NCBI RefSeq assembly: GCF_036323395.1
Contig: NZ_AP028907.1
Span: 1,800,001-1,832,000, forward strand
Direction of reading: 5' to 3'
Source of the DNA: Pyrodictium abyssi
GTDB lineage: Archaea > Thermoproteota > Thermoprotei_A > Sulfolobales > Pyrodictiaceae
Length of the DNA: 32,000 bases
Shown: positions 15,258-25,418 of the stretch, piece after piece
Position numbering within the stretch: the first letter of the stretch is position 1
How the letters are laid out: the number at the start of each line of letters is the position of its first letter
Made by a program: the position numbers and the translations under genes
Notes under the pieces: model-generated
Databases searched by the model: none
The model's input: the letters and a program-made list of their open reading frames with translations, nothing else
What the model was told of the DNA's origin: nothing

Positions 15258-16296
15258 ATGCAGCGTATGCGGCAAGCCCGCGGTCTATGTTAACCGCGCT
15301 GCCGGGCTGGCCCTATGCCAGCGCCACTTCCTCGAGTACTTCGACCGCAAGGTGCGCCGGACAATACGCAAGTACAAGTTGTTCAGGCCCCGGGAGCACA
15401 TCGTGGTCGCCGTCTCCGGTGGGAAGGACTCTATGGCGCTTCTCCACTACCTCCACAACCTGGCAAAGCGGGTACCCGGCTGGAGGGTCACCGCGCTCCT
15501 CGTAGACGAGGGCATCAGAGGCTACCGTGAGTACACCGTCAAGAGGCTCGTGGACTACGCTGAGGAGCACGGCATCGAGTACCACATAGCGAGGTTCAAG
15601 GACTACGTGGGCTATACGCTAGACGAGATAGTGCGCAGGGGGAGGGAGCTCGGCCTACCATACCTCCCGTGCACCTACTGCGGCGTACTACGCCGATACA
15701 TCATGAACCGCGCTGCCCGGGAGATAGGGGCCACCGTGATAGCTACGGGCCACAATCTGGACGACATAGTGCAGACGTTCCTCATGAATATACTGGGCAA
15801 CGACTGGGCCAAGATAGTCCGGCTAGGCCCTATCTCGGGGCCTGCGAGCCACCCCCGCTTTGTGCGCAAGGTTAAGCCCTTCTACGAGGTACTGGAGAAG
15901 GAGACTACGCTCTACGCGGTGATCCACGGGCTCTACACGGGGTTCGAGGAGTGCCCGTACGCGCAGATGAGTATACGCTGGACTGTACGCCGCATGATAA
16001 ACGAGCTGGAAGAGCGCAGCCCCGGGGTAAAGTACTCGCTCCTGAGGAGCCTGGAGACAGCCATCAACATGCTACGGAGACAGGGCATAGGAGAGCCAGA
16101 CGAGGAGGAGGGGCTCTACAGCTGCGCGCTCTGCGGCGAACCAGCCGCGCACCCGATATGCCGGGCGTGCCAGCTCCGGCTACAGCTAGGCATAATGGAG
16201 GTAAGCCCGGAGAAGCTGGAGAGCTTGCCGCCGGAGGCGCGCCGCATGGCTGAGAGCGCGCTGAGGCTGTCCGAGGAGAGAAGCAGGCGCCGGTGA
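15250..16296 (+). CDS. ttuA: tRNA 2-thiolation PP-loop ATPase of the TtuA/NcsA family.
   Basis: N-terminal zinc finger CSVCGK...CQRH, PP-loop SGGKDS, Fe-S ligand region CTYCG, and C-terminal zinc finger CALCGE...CRAC. The GTG start lies inside the ThiS-like gene. Confidence 0.85.
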   Translation: MARCSVCGKPAVYVNRAAGLALCQRHFLEYFDRKVRRTIRKYKLFRPREHIVVAVSGGKDSMALLHYLHNLAKRVPGWRVTALLVDEGIRGYREYTVKRLVDYAEEHGIEYHIARFKDYVGYTLDEIVRRGRELGLPYLPCTYCGVLRRYIMNRAAREIGATVIATGHNLDDIVQTFLMNILGNDWAKIVRLGPISGPASHPRFVRKVKPFYEVLEKETTLYAVIHGLYTGFEECPYAQMSIRWTVRRMINELEERSPGVKYSLLRSLETAINMLRRQGIGEPDEEEGLYSCALCGEPAAHPICRACQLRLQLGIMEVSPEKLESLPPEARRMAESALRLSEERSRRR

Positions 16297-16303
16297 GCCG
16301 CCC

Positions 16304-16328
16304 TGGGGTGTAGCGCGGTGGGGTGTAG
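16304..16328 (+). repeat. Direct repeat of TGGGGTGTAG (two copies, 15-nt period) at the ttuA / ORF163 junction.
   Basis: Copies are at 16304-16313 and 16319-16328. The first could act as an SD-like GGGGTG 7 nt before the GTG at 16318. The second overlaps that start codon. Confidence 0.5.
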
Positions 16329-16809
16329 TGGCTGCTTCTACAAGCTGCCTAGACTTATGGACGTGAACGTTGCCTCCCGGTACATACGTTCTAGGAGGAA
16401 GCTCCTCGTAGTGGGCAGGTGCGTTGAGGCGGAGAAGCCCTGGGCGCTAGAGATGTTCCCTGAGGACGAGTATGCCAGACTCAGCATTTGCCTAGAGGAG
16501 GAGCACGTCAATATGGCTGGGTTCAAGCTGGCTGGCATACTTGCCCGCGTGGATCTCGACGAGGTCGCCGTGCTGACTACTGATGGGAGTATGCATTGCG
16601 TCCAGCTACACTTCATGGTGGAGGAGGTGTTCAGGATCGCCCGGCCTCGTGCTCAGCGGCGCCACTTTGTCGCTGAGGGTGGCCGTGTCGTCGAGGTGCC
16701 CGCCGAGGCTGTGAAGACTGCTCGTTACCTCTCCCGTGTGGCCCGGCTGCTCTCCGCCTCGCAGAAGAACGACTCCTCGTGTACCTCTTCTCGTGGCGGC
16801 TCCTCCTAG
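16318..16809 (+). CDS. Hypothetical Cys-containing protein, 163 aa, probably co-transcribed with ttuA. An alternative start is the ATG at 16357.
   Basis: ORF track. It begins 21 nt after the ttuA stop on the same strand. It has an N-terminal CSGC and three further Cys. Family not recognised. Confidence 0.5.
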   Translation: MGCSGCFYKLPRLMDVNVASRYIRSRRKLLVVGRCVEAEKPWALEMFPEDEYARLSICLEEEHVNMAGFKLAGILARVDLDEVAVLTTDGSMHCVQLHFMVEEVFRIARPRAQRRHFVAEGGRVVEVPAEAVKTARYLSRVARLLSASQKNDSSCTSSRGGSS

Positions 16810-17734
16810 ACTGTCTCTCCGGCACTAGGACTACAAGGGCGCGTAGGAGCTCGGGTATCTCGTGGACGAGCCGTCTAGCTATCCTCATAGACTCGCGGTA
16901 GGCTACGCCCAGGGTCATGCCGGGCGGGGCTTCTATCCAGAGCTCCACTTCGCGGAACGTACCGTAGCTCTCTACTCGTAGCCTCCGTATCCGCTGGTAC
17001 CTGGAGGCGCGGCGTAGCGTGTCCTCTATCTTGACCACCATGTCGCGGTAGTCGTTCCTCGGCACCACGCCTATGAGGTGCATAGCCGCCTCGCGCGCTA
17101 TACCGATGAGCCCATAGACCACGTATGCGCCCATCGCTACCGCTGCTAGCCTCTCGGGCGTAGCTGCGCCGAGGAGGTTCGACACAAGGATGGCAAGACC
17201 ACCACCAATCTCGAAGACTATGTCCAGCTTAAGCTTCTCGGCTATCATCCGCACTGCCACTATATCTAGCTCTATGCGGCGGAGGCTACGGATGGACAGC
17301 TTCTCGAGAAGATAGCTCGTAACGCCGCTTAGGAGCGGGTACGCTGCTAGTATAGCTGGGGTCGGCTCTACGTGGCTCGACGCTAGGTTGCGCACAGCGA
17401 CTATAAGGGAGACAAACACCGCTACTATGGCTGCTACTAGCACCGCGAGCGACTCTAGGCGTAGTATCTCGTAGCGCGCCCGGTACACGATTGTACGCGA
17501 GGCTGCCACCTTGAAGGCTAGGGCCAGCCCACCGAAGCTCATAGCCTCTATGAGCCAGACAAACGACTCCATAAGTATTACGTCTGACGGCTCGTAGAGG
17601 TAGATCAGCATACCCAGTATGGATAGAGCTAACGAGACCGTGGCCACTATGTATGTCGAGCGCAGTACACCGGTTGCCGTTAGAATCTTCCTCACTGCTA
17701 GCCTCCTAACCATGATGCCCACCCCATACAACAC
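16631..17734 (-). CDS. Cation diffusion facilitator (CDF)-like membrane protein with an atypical Arg/Ser-rich C-terminal extension of about 61 aa.
   Basis: It has six TM segments and a CDF-type cytoplasmic domain (RVESYGTFREVELWIEAPPGMTLGVAYRESMRIARRLVHEIP...VVLVPE). The tail encoded at 16631-16816 is antisense to ORF163. Confidence 0.6.
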   Translation of the reverse strand: MLYGVGIMVRRLAVRKILTATGVLRSTYIVATVSLALSILGMLIYLYEPSDVILMESFVWLIEAMSFGGLALAFKVAASRTIVYRARYEILRLESLAVLVAAIVAVFVSLIVAVRNLASSHVEPTPAILAAYPLLSGVTSYLLEKLSIRSLRRIELDIVAVRMIAEKLKLDIVFEIGGGLAILVSNLLGAATPERLAAVAMGAYVVYGLIGIAREAAMHLIGVVPRNDYRDMVVKIEDTLRRASRYQRIRRLRVESYGTFREVELWIEAPPGMTLGVAYRESMRIARRLVHEIPELLRALVVLVPERQSRRSRHEKRYTRSRSSARRRAAGPHGRGNEQSSQPRRAPRRHGHPQRQSGAAEHEAGRS

Positions 17735-17757
17735 TGCTTCATCACGCTGGGAGTCAG

Positions 17758-17765
17758 AAATAATA
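17758..17765 (-). promoter_or_regulatory. TATA-like TATTATTT (minus strand) for the CDF-like gene.
   Basis: It lies 24-31 nt upstream of the GTG at 17734, consistent with a leaderless transcript starting at that GTG. Confidence 0.4.
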
Positions 17766-17857
17766 CCTGGACAAGCATTTATCCAAGGTAGCCGTCGGTT
17801 GCAACGTGTACAACGTTTCTATCCATCTTCTCCATGACAGTAGACAGCCGCAGAGGA

Positions 17858-17871
17858 GGCTGCAGGCAGCC
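17858..17871. repeat. 14-bp palindrome GGCTGCAGGCAGCC, flanked by two CAGCCGC copies (17845 and 17868).
   Basis: Read directly in the roughly 360-nt spacer between the CDF-like and P-type ATPase genes. Confidence 0.5.
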
Positions 17872-17997
17872 GCCTAGGCCCGTGTAGCTAAGCCTAACTA
17901 TGGACCTCTAGTTTAGCTTATTGGTCAACCTAAACCACAGCAGCATCGATACCGAGACAGCCGGGTACACTATACCCCGGCCCGCTCAATCACCATG

Positions 17998-18006
17998 TAT
18001 TTATTT
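17998..18006 (+). promoter_or_regulatory. Strong A/T box TATTTATTT, a possible TATA box for the P-type ATPase.
   Basis: It is the most AT-rich element in the spacer, but lies about 90 nt from the ATG at 18093, implying a roughly 60-nt leader. An alternative is CTAAAT at 18034-18039. Confidence 0.3.
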
Positions 18007-18092
18007 GCTCGGTGCGAGACCCGTCTACTGCACCTAAATGGGCCTCTTGGGGCATAGCGAGCAGGCTTGCATTGGCAGAGGGTTAACGGGGC

Positions 18093-20773
<2,681 letters not shown>

Positions 20774-20777
<4 letters not shown>

Positions 20778-21529
20778 CCCTCTGTTTTCACGCGTACACG
20801 CGCCTCTACAAGCCCCTCATCCGTTATGACGAAGCTGGTCCACCCCTGGGATATGGGTACCCCCTTAGCCTTCTTCACTAGTATCTCTCTGACCGCTACT
20901 CCTGCTTCAAGGGCCTCGCTGTGGTACCTCACTACAGCGAACACATCAACCATATGCTCCAGTATGGCTGCTATCTCGGCGTAGAGCTGGCTCGGCGTAT
21001 GGAGCGTGGCCACCGTGAGTACACCGCGGCGCTTAGCTAGCGAGACACGCAGCACGTTGACGAAGTCGTAGACTACTGTTGGCTCGTAGCGTAGGAAGAA
21101 CGGGTTAAGGCTATCGATTACCACTAAGCCGCTGTTTCTCAGCCCGTTTGCGTCCACAAGCCTCTGTATGGTTGCCACCGCTGCGTGTGTGTCGAGGCTA
21201 GACAGCCTATCCGCTACATAGTCCTCGCTCTCGAGGCCGTATCGGGCCCCATACCCGTCTACGAATACGAGCCGGCCCTCACCAGCGTAGCTGCGCGCGT
21301 CTATACCACGGCTCTCCATGCTCTCCACTATGCTCTCAGGGTCGTCGTCGAGGCAGACGTATACCACTTTCTCGCCACGGCGCAGCATGCTGCCCGCAAT
21401 GAGCTGTACTATGAGCGACTTCCCCGCACCGCCCTCGCCCGCGAAGAGCACGAGGCTTCTACGTGGCAGGCCTCGTGGGAGGAGCTTGTCTAGGAGGGGT
21501 ATGCCTAGGCTTATCCTGTCTCCAGACAA
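20774..21529 (-). CDS. KaiC-like / RecA-superfamily single-domain ATPase.
   Basis: GIPLLDKLL...FAGEGGAGKS (Walker A) and GLVVIDSL (Walker B). It has a TTG start, and its stop overlaps the ATPase stop (CTAA). Confidence 0.8.
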
Positions 21530-21551
21530 GGGAGGCTCCGGCCCCAGGAAC

Positions 21552-21559
21552 TATATTAG
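21552..21559 (-). promoter_or_regulatory. TATA-like TAATATAG (minus strand) for the KaiC-like gene.
   Basis: Its centre is about 26 nt upstream of the TTG at 21529. Confidence 0.35.
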
Positions 21560-21638
21560 CCTCTAGGGGAGCTAAAGCCGTACTGTGTCGTAGCAGCGTA
21601 CGAACGCATACCCGGTTCTCCACAATGGGTGACAGCCG

Positions 21639-22307
21639 ATGGAATGGTCTAAGATGCTTGGCCCCTCCTACACCGTTCTACGCGTCCGCCTCGAGCCCGG
21701 GGAGGAGGTCTGGAGCGAGCCCGGCGCTATGATGCTTGTCCGGGGCGAGGTCGAGGTCAGGACTGTGAGCGGTGGAATTGGCCGTGCTCTTCTGCGCAGA
21801 CTTGCTGGTGGTGAGAGCTTCTTCTTCAACGTGTTCCGCGCCAGGAGCCCTGCTGAGGTATGGCTTGTGCCCGGGATACCCGGCGACATAGAGGCTATAG
21901 AGCTGCGGGACGACGAGTGGGTTATACAGGATACAAGCTACCTAGCCCACTACGGCGACGTAGAGGTCTCTGCCGGGTTCCGGGGGCTACGGGGGCTAGT
22001 AGCAGAGGGAGAGATGTTCTGGCTGAAGGCCCGGGGCCGCGGCGTAGCCTGGGTGAACAGCTACGGGGGCATAGTACGCGTAGACGTGGCTCCCGGCGAG
22101 CGGGTTACGGTGGATAACTTCCACTTCGTAGCCATGCCTGCCTCCACGGAGTACAGTGTGAGGAAGCTGGGCAGGCTGAAGACACTGGTATTCGGAGGAG
22201 AAGGCCTTGTCATCGAGGTAGAGGGGCCTACTACACTTTACCTCCAGACTAGAACCCTGCCTCCTCTTGCGAGGCTTCTTGCCAGGTTTCTACCGAGGCA
22301 CGGGTAG
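21639..22307 (+). CDS. AIM24 (DUF124) family protein. The ATG at 21654 is an alternative start.
   Basis: Family-typical segments are present: EPGAMMLV, GGESFFFNVF, GEMFWLKARGRG, PGERVTVDNFHFVAM and VFGGEGLVIEVEGPTTLYLQTR. Confidence 0.75.
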   Translation: MEWSKMLGPSYTVLRVRLEPGEEVWSEPGAMMLVRGEVEVRTVSGGIGRALLRRLAGGESFFFNVFRARSPAEVWLVPGIPGDIEAIELRDDEWVIQDTSYLAHYGDVEVSAGFRGLRGLVAEGEMFWLKARGRGVAWVNSYGGIVRVDVAPGERVTVDNFHFVAMPASTEYSVRKLGRLKTLVFGGEGLVIEVEGPTTLYLQTRTLPPLARLLARFLPRHG

Positions 22308-23267
22308 AGCCGTGGGAGGCGTATACTTCCAGAGCGATACTGGCGAGGGCTCTGTCTTCCCTGGCCTGTTTTCGCCACGCCGGAGCCTCTCGAGGGCTCT
22401 ACGCAGCGGCTCCGCGTCGAAGCCTATAGTCGTGTGTAGAGCTGCTAGCCCCTTCCACTCGCCGAAGCGGGCTGAGAGCTCGGCTCCTGCGCGGTGCTCT
22501 GGCACCCCGTATGCCTCGGCTGCTAGCTTCTTCAGCCAGCGGTCAAGAGGGAGCGTCAAGTAATCTCTGCACGCTAGGAGCCGGGTCAACGCGTAGGAGT
22601 ATGGCCCTATGCCGTGGACCTCTCGTATAGAGTCCACGCTGCTGCAGTCTAGCTGCTCGACACGCCTCCGAGCCAGCTCCATGACGGTGTGGGCGCGGTA
22701 GCCTAGCCTCGCCTCGCGTAGCACCTCGTAGCTAAGCTTGCTAGGTCTCGGCGTCTCTAGGTACAGCCCGTATGGCGTCCTTAGCCTCCTGGAGGCGAGG
22801 AGGTGTAGCCGGTAGAGCATACTCCAGCCTTGCTTAAAGCTCGCGTTCTGCTGGCATACTGCTATGAGCACTGCGCACCACACGCTACAGCTACGCAGGC
22901 GTAGGCCGGGCATGGTCTCGGCTACGCCGCCCACCAGGGGGTCTCCACGCGCTATGGCGTAGTAGCTGCCTAGATCCTCGTCAACGCCTATACTCCATGC
23001 TATGGCCTTTACATTGTCCTCCCAGCAGCGTTGCCCTCTTTCCGCGAACACCTCGACGTTTATCGTGCCACCGTCCTCGTAGAGCACCGCCACCGAGCCG
23101 TCGCATACCTCCATTTTTACTGTGGAGCCATCGTACATCCATCCGAAGCTATAGACCTTCCCTGTGTCGTGCAGGCTATAGCCTCGGGGCTTTTTCAGCT
23201 CAAACGAGTAGGCCTTCTCTAGCGTAAGGGCTATGCTCTGCACTCTAGCTACTGCACCCTCCCCCAA
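22290..23267 (-). CDS. HhH-GPD superfamily DNA glycosylase (AlkA/Ogg-like architecture). The start is more likely the GTG at 23243.
   Basis: Helix-hairpin-helix VHGIGPYSYALT followed by the Asp-containing segment LPLDRW. An N-terminal beta-rich domain is present. The TATA-like TAATGTTT (minus strand) at 23276-23283 is too close to the TTG at 23267. Confidence 0.7.
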   Translation of the reverse strand: MGEGAVARVQSIALTLEKAYSFELKKPRGYSLHDTGKVYSFGWMYDGSTVKMEVCDGSVAVLYEDGGTINVEVFAERGQRCWEDNVKAIAWSIGVDEDLGSYYAIARGDPLVGGVAETMPGLRLRSCSVWCAVLIAVCQQNASFKQGWSMLYRLHLLASRRLRTPYGLYLETPRPSKLSYEVLREARLGYRAHTVMELARRRVEQLDCSSVDSIREVHGIGPYSYALTRLLACRDYLTLPLDRWLKKLAAEAYGVPEHRAGAELSARFGEWKGLAALHTTIGFDAEPLRRALERLRRGENRPGKTEPSPVSLWKYTPPTALPVPR

Positions 23268-23362
23268 GCTGTGACAAACATTACGAGAGGCGCGAGATGG
23301 CAGCCGGAGGCATGTACCCGGGGCAGCGGGGCCACTGAGTCTGCTAAAGCAATGTTACTAGG

Positions 23363-23368
23363 TATAAA
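23363..23368 (+). promoter_or_regulatory. Canonical TATAAA box.
   Basis: It lies only 16 nt upstream of the GTG at 23384. The downstream gene therefore probably starts at the in-frame TTG at 23432 or GTG at 23447. Confidence 0.45.
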
Positions 23369-23383
23369 GCCGTTGAAGCATAC

Positions 23384-23896
23384 GTGCCCCGACGCGGCGG
23401 ACCAGCCGGCACTAGAGAGGTCGACAAGACGTTGGATAAGGGCATCGTGGTACTAGCGCTGACCGGCCTACTACCAGCATTTGAGCCGAGGTACGCGCTG
23501 CCACTCCTAGCAGCGAAGATAGGCTTCGTGCCTGCATTCGTGGTGGCCGCTGCGGAGGCCATACTGCTGGCGCTAGTACTGCCCTCTATAGCACAACGCG
23601 CGTGGAGCCTACTGCTAGCCTATTCTCGCCGCATCCGCTTCCTAGGACTACTCGTAGCCCGTGTCGAGGCTGCACAGAGGAAGGCACACAGATTGACATC
23701 CAGGTATGGCTTGCCCGGCCTCGCACTGTTCGTAGCAGTCCCGCTTCCCGTCACCGGGATATACACGGGAGCTGTTGTGTCGCTACTCCTCGGCATAGAC
23801 GCGAACAAGGCTAGGGTTGCACTGGCGGCTGGCGGGCTCGCATCGCTCGTGCTGACATCCCCGCTAGCGCTAGGAGCCCAGATAGCCCAGGGCTAG
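23384..23896 (+). CDS. Small membrane protein of the putative small multidrug export family (COG2426-like). The 5' end is probably over-extended.
   Basis: PAFEPRYALPLL and VPLPVTGIYTGA motifs, with 4 TM segments. Confidence 0.6.
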   Translation: MPRRGGPAGTREVDKTLDKGIVVLALTGLLPAFEPRYALPLLAAKIGFVPAFVVAAAEAILLALVLPSIAQRAWSLLLAYSRRIRFLGLLVARVEAAQRKAHRLTSRYGLPGLALFVAVPLPVTGIYTGAVVSLLLGIDANKARVALAAGGLASLVLTSPLALGAQIAQG

Positions 23897-23924
23897 TAGG
23901 AGGGCCGGAGGAGGGTGCAGCGTA

Positions 23925-25124
23925 TTGGCCGGGGAGCCTCTACCCAGCGTCAGGGTGTTCGGCGAGGGGGCGGCCGCTGTCCGGAGAGACGGCGCGCTAA
24001 TGGTGTACCGCAAGTGGGTCGAGGCGCCAAGAGGCCTGCCCCCGGGCAGCCTTGTCGTGGCCGAGGACCCGCGCGGCGAGCTGCTTGGCTGCGGCTTCTA
24101 CGACACAGTAGGCCCGGTGGCACTAAGGCTAGTAGAGCTCGGGGACTGCAGCTTCAGCAGCACCGAGGAGGCCATCTACGCGCTCGTGGAGGCGGCTTAC
24201 CTGGCACGGCGTCGGATAGGCTACGCGGGGGACCCAGAGGCCGGCTACAGGCTGGTGCACAGCGATGGCGACATGATGCCGGGCCTTATAGTGGACGTCT
24301 ACGCCGACCTGGCCGTCTACCAGTCTAGCAGCATAGTCTGGGACGTACACAGCAACACAGTGGCTAAGGCCATCTCCGAGGCTACTGGCGCCCGGCACGT
24401 ATACGAGAAGAGCCTCCAGAGAACACGCCGCGACATCGGCCTACCCCCGCGCGAGGGTGTCCGCATAGGCGACAAGACGAGAGCTGTGATACGCGAGGGC
24501 GAGGCCCGCTTTATAGTGGATGCCCGCGTCGGGCAGAAGACTGGCTTCTTCCTAGACCAGAGGCTTAACCGGCTCGACTTCGGCGAGCTAGCCCGAGGGA
24601 CTGTGCTAGACCTCTTCAGCTACACCGGCGGTTTCGGCGTCCAGGCCCTTGTCAATGGCGCGGAACGCGCCGTATTCGTCGAGGAAGACGAGAAGGCCAT
24701 CAAACTGCTGCGCATGAATCTCGAGCTTAACAGGGTAGAGGACCGGGCAGAGATAGTCCAGTCGAATGTCTGGAGCTTCCTCTCAGAAGCCGTAGCAGAG
24801 GGACGAGAATACGACTCTATTTCCGTCGACCCGCCGGCGTTTATACCGCATCCCGGAGCGTACCAGCGGGGTCTACGGGCCTACGAGAAGCTGTACTTTC
24901 TCTCAGCTAGGCTTGCCACGAGCGGATCTATAATCGTCTTTAGCAGCTGTAGCACTCACCTGGGCCGCGGAGAATTCATGTCTGTTGCCGCGAGGGCGCT
25001 GGCACGGGCCGGTGTAGGCTATAGGCCGCTCGGCGGCGTGAGGGGTATGCCTCCTGATCACCCGGTTAGGCCTTCGTCGCCTCACCTAGAGTACCTCAAA
25101 TCCCTGTTTGTCCTCGTGGTGTAG
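23925..25124 (+). CDS. SAM-dependent RNA (cytosine-C5) methyltransferase, RlmI-like (PUA plus MTase, COG1092).
   Basis: GFFLDQRLNR, LDLFSYTGGFG (SAM motif I), DPPAF and SCS. It has a TTG start. Confidence 0.85.
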   Translation: MAGEPLPSVRVFGEGAAAVRRDGALMVYRKWVEAPRGLPPGSLVVAEDPRGELLGCGFYDTVGPVALRLVELGDCSFSSTEEAIYALVEAAYLARRRIGYAGDPEAGYRLVHSDGDMMPGLIVDVYADLAVYQSSSIVWDVHSNTVAKAISEATGARHVYEKSLQRTRRDIGLPPREGVRIGDKTRAVIREGEARFIVDARVGQKTGFFLDQRLNRLDFGELARGTVLDLFSYTGGFGVQALVNGAERAVFVEEDEKAIKLLRMNLELNRVEDRAEIVQSNVWSFLSEAVAEGREYDSISVDPPAFIPHPGAYQRGLRAYEKLYFLSARLATSGSIIVFSSCSTHLGRGEFMSVAARALARAGVGYRPLGGVRGMPPDHPVRPSSPHLEYLKSLFVLVV

Positions 25125-25159
25125 CGGGCCTCGGCGAGCGCTTGGCCAGTGTAGTGCCG

Positions 25160-25333
25160 CTAGGCTATCTCCTCTAGGCATAGATAACACACGTCTGGGG
25201 CTACGTAGGCGTTGTCATCCACGTCTAGGCCTCCGAGCAGCGCTACAGCGGCAAGCAGTATGAGCGCGCCTGTAGCCGCTATTGCTACGAGCAAGCCACC
25301 GCTCCCACTTACTTCCCACCAAGTACGGGCCAT
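25160..25333 (-). CDS. Possible 57-aa single-pass membrane protein. Weak call.
   Basis: My own translation: MARTWWEVSGSGGLLVAIAATGALILLAAVALLGGLDVDDNAYVAPDVCYLCLEEIA. It is not in the ORF track (under 60 aa). Ala/Leu/Gly-rich TM-like segments arise easily in GC-rich DNA. Confidence 0.25.
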   Translation of the reverse strand: MARTWWEVSGSGGLLVAIAATGALILLAAVALLGGLDVDDNAYVAPDVCYLCLEEIA

Positions 25334-25418
25334 ATATAGTTTGATGCTGGGAGTCCTGTGGACCTAGACACTCTTCTAGTATTCCGGCGCAGCTATCCTA
25401 CGCGGGGGCCTAGGAATC

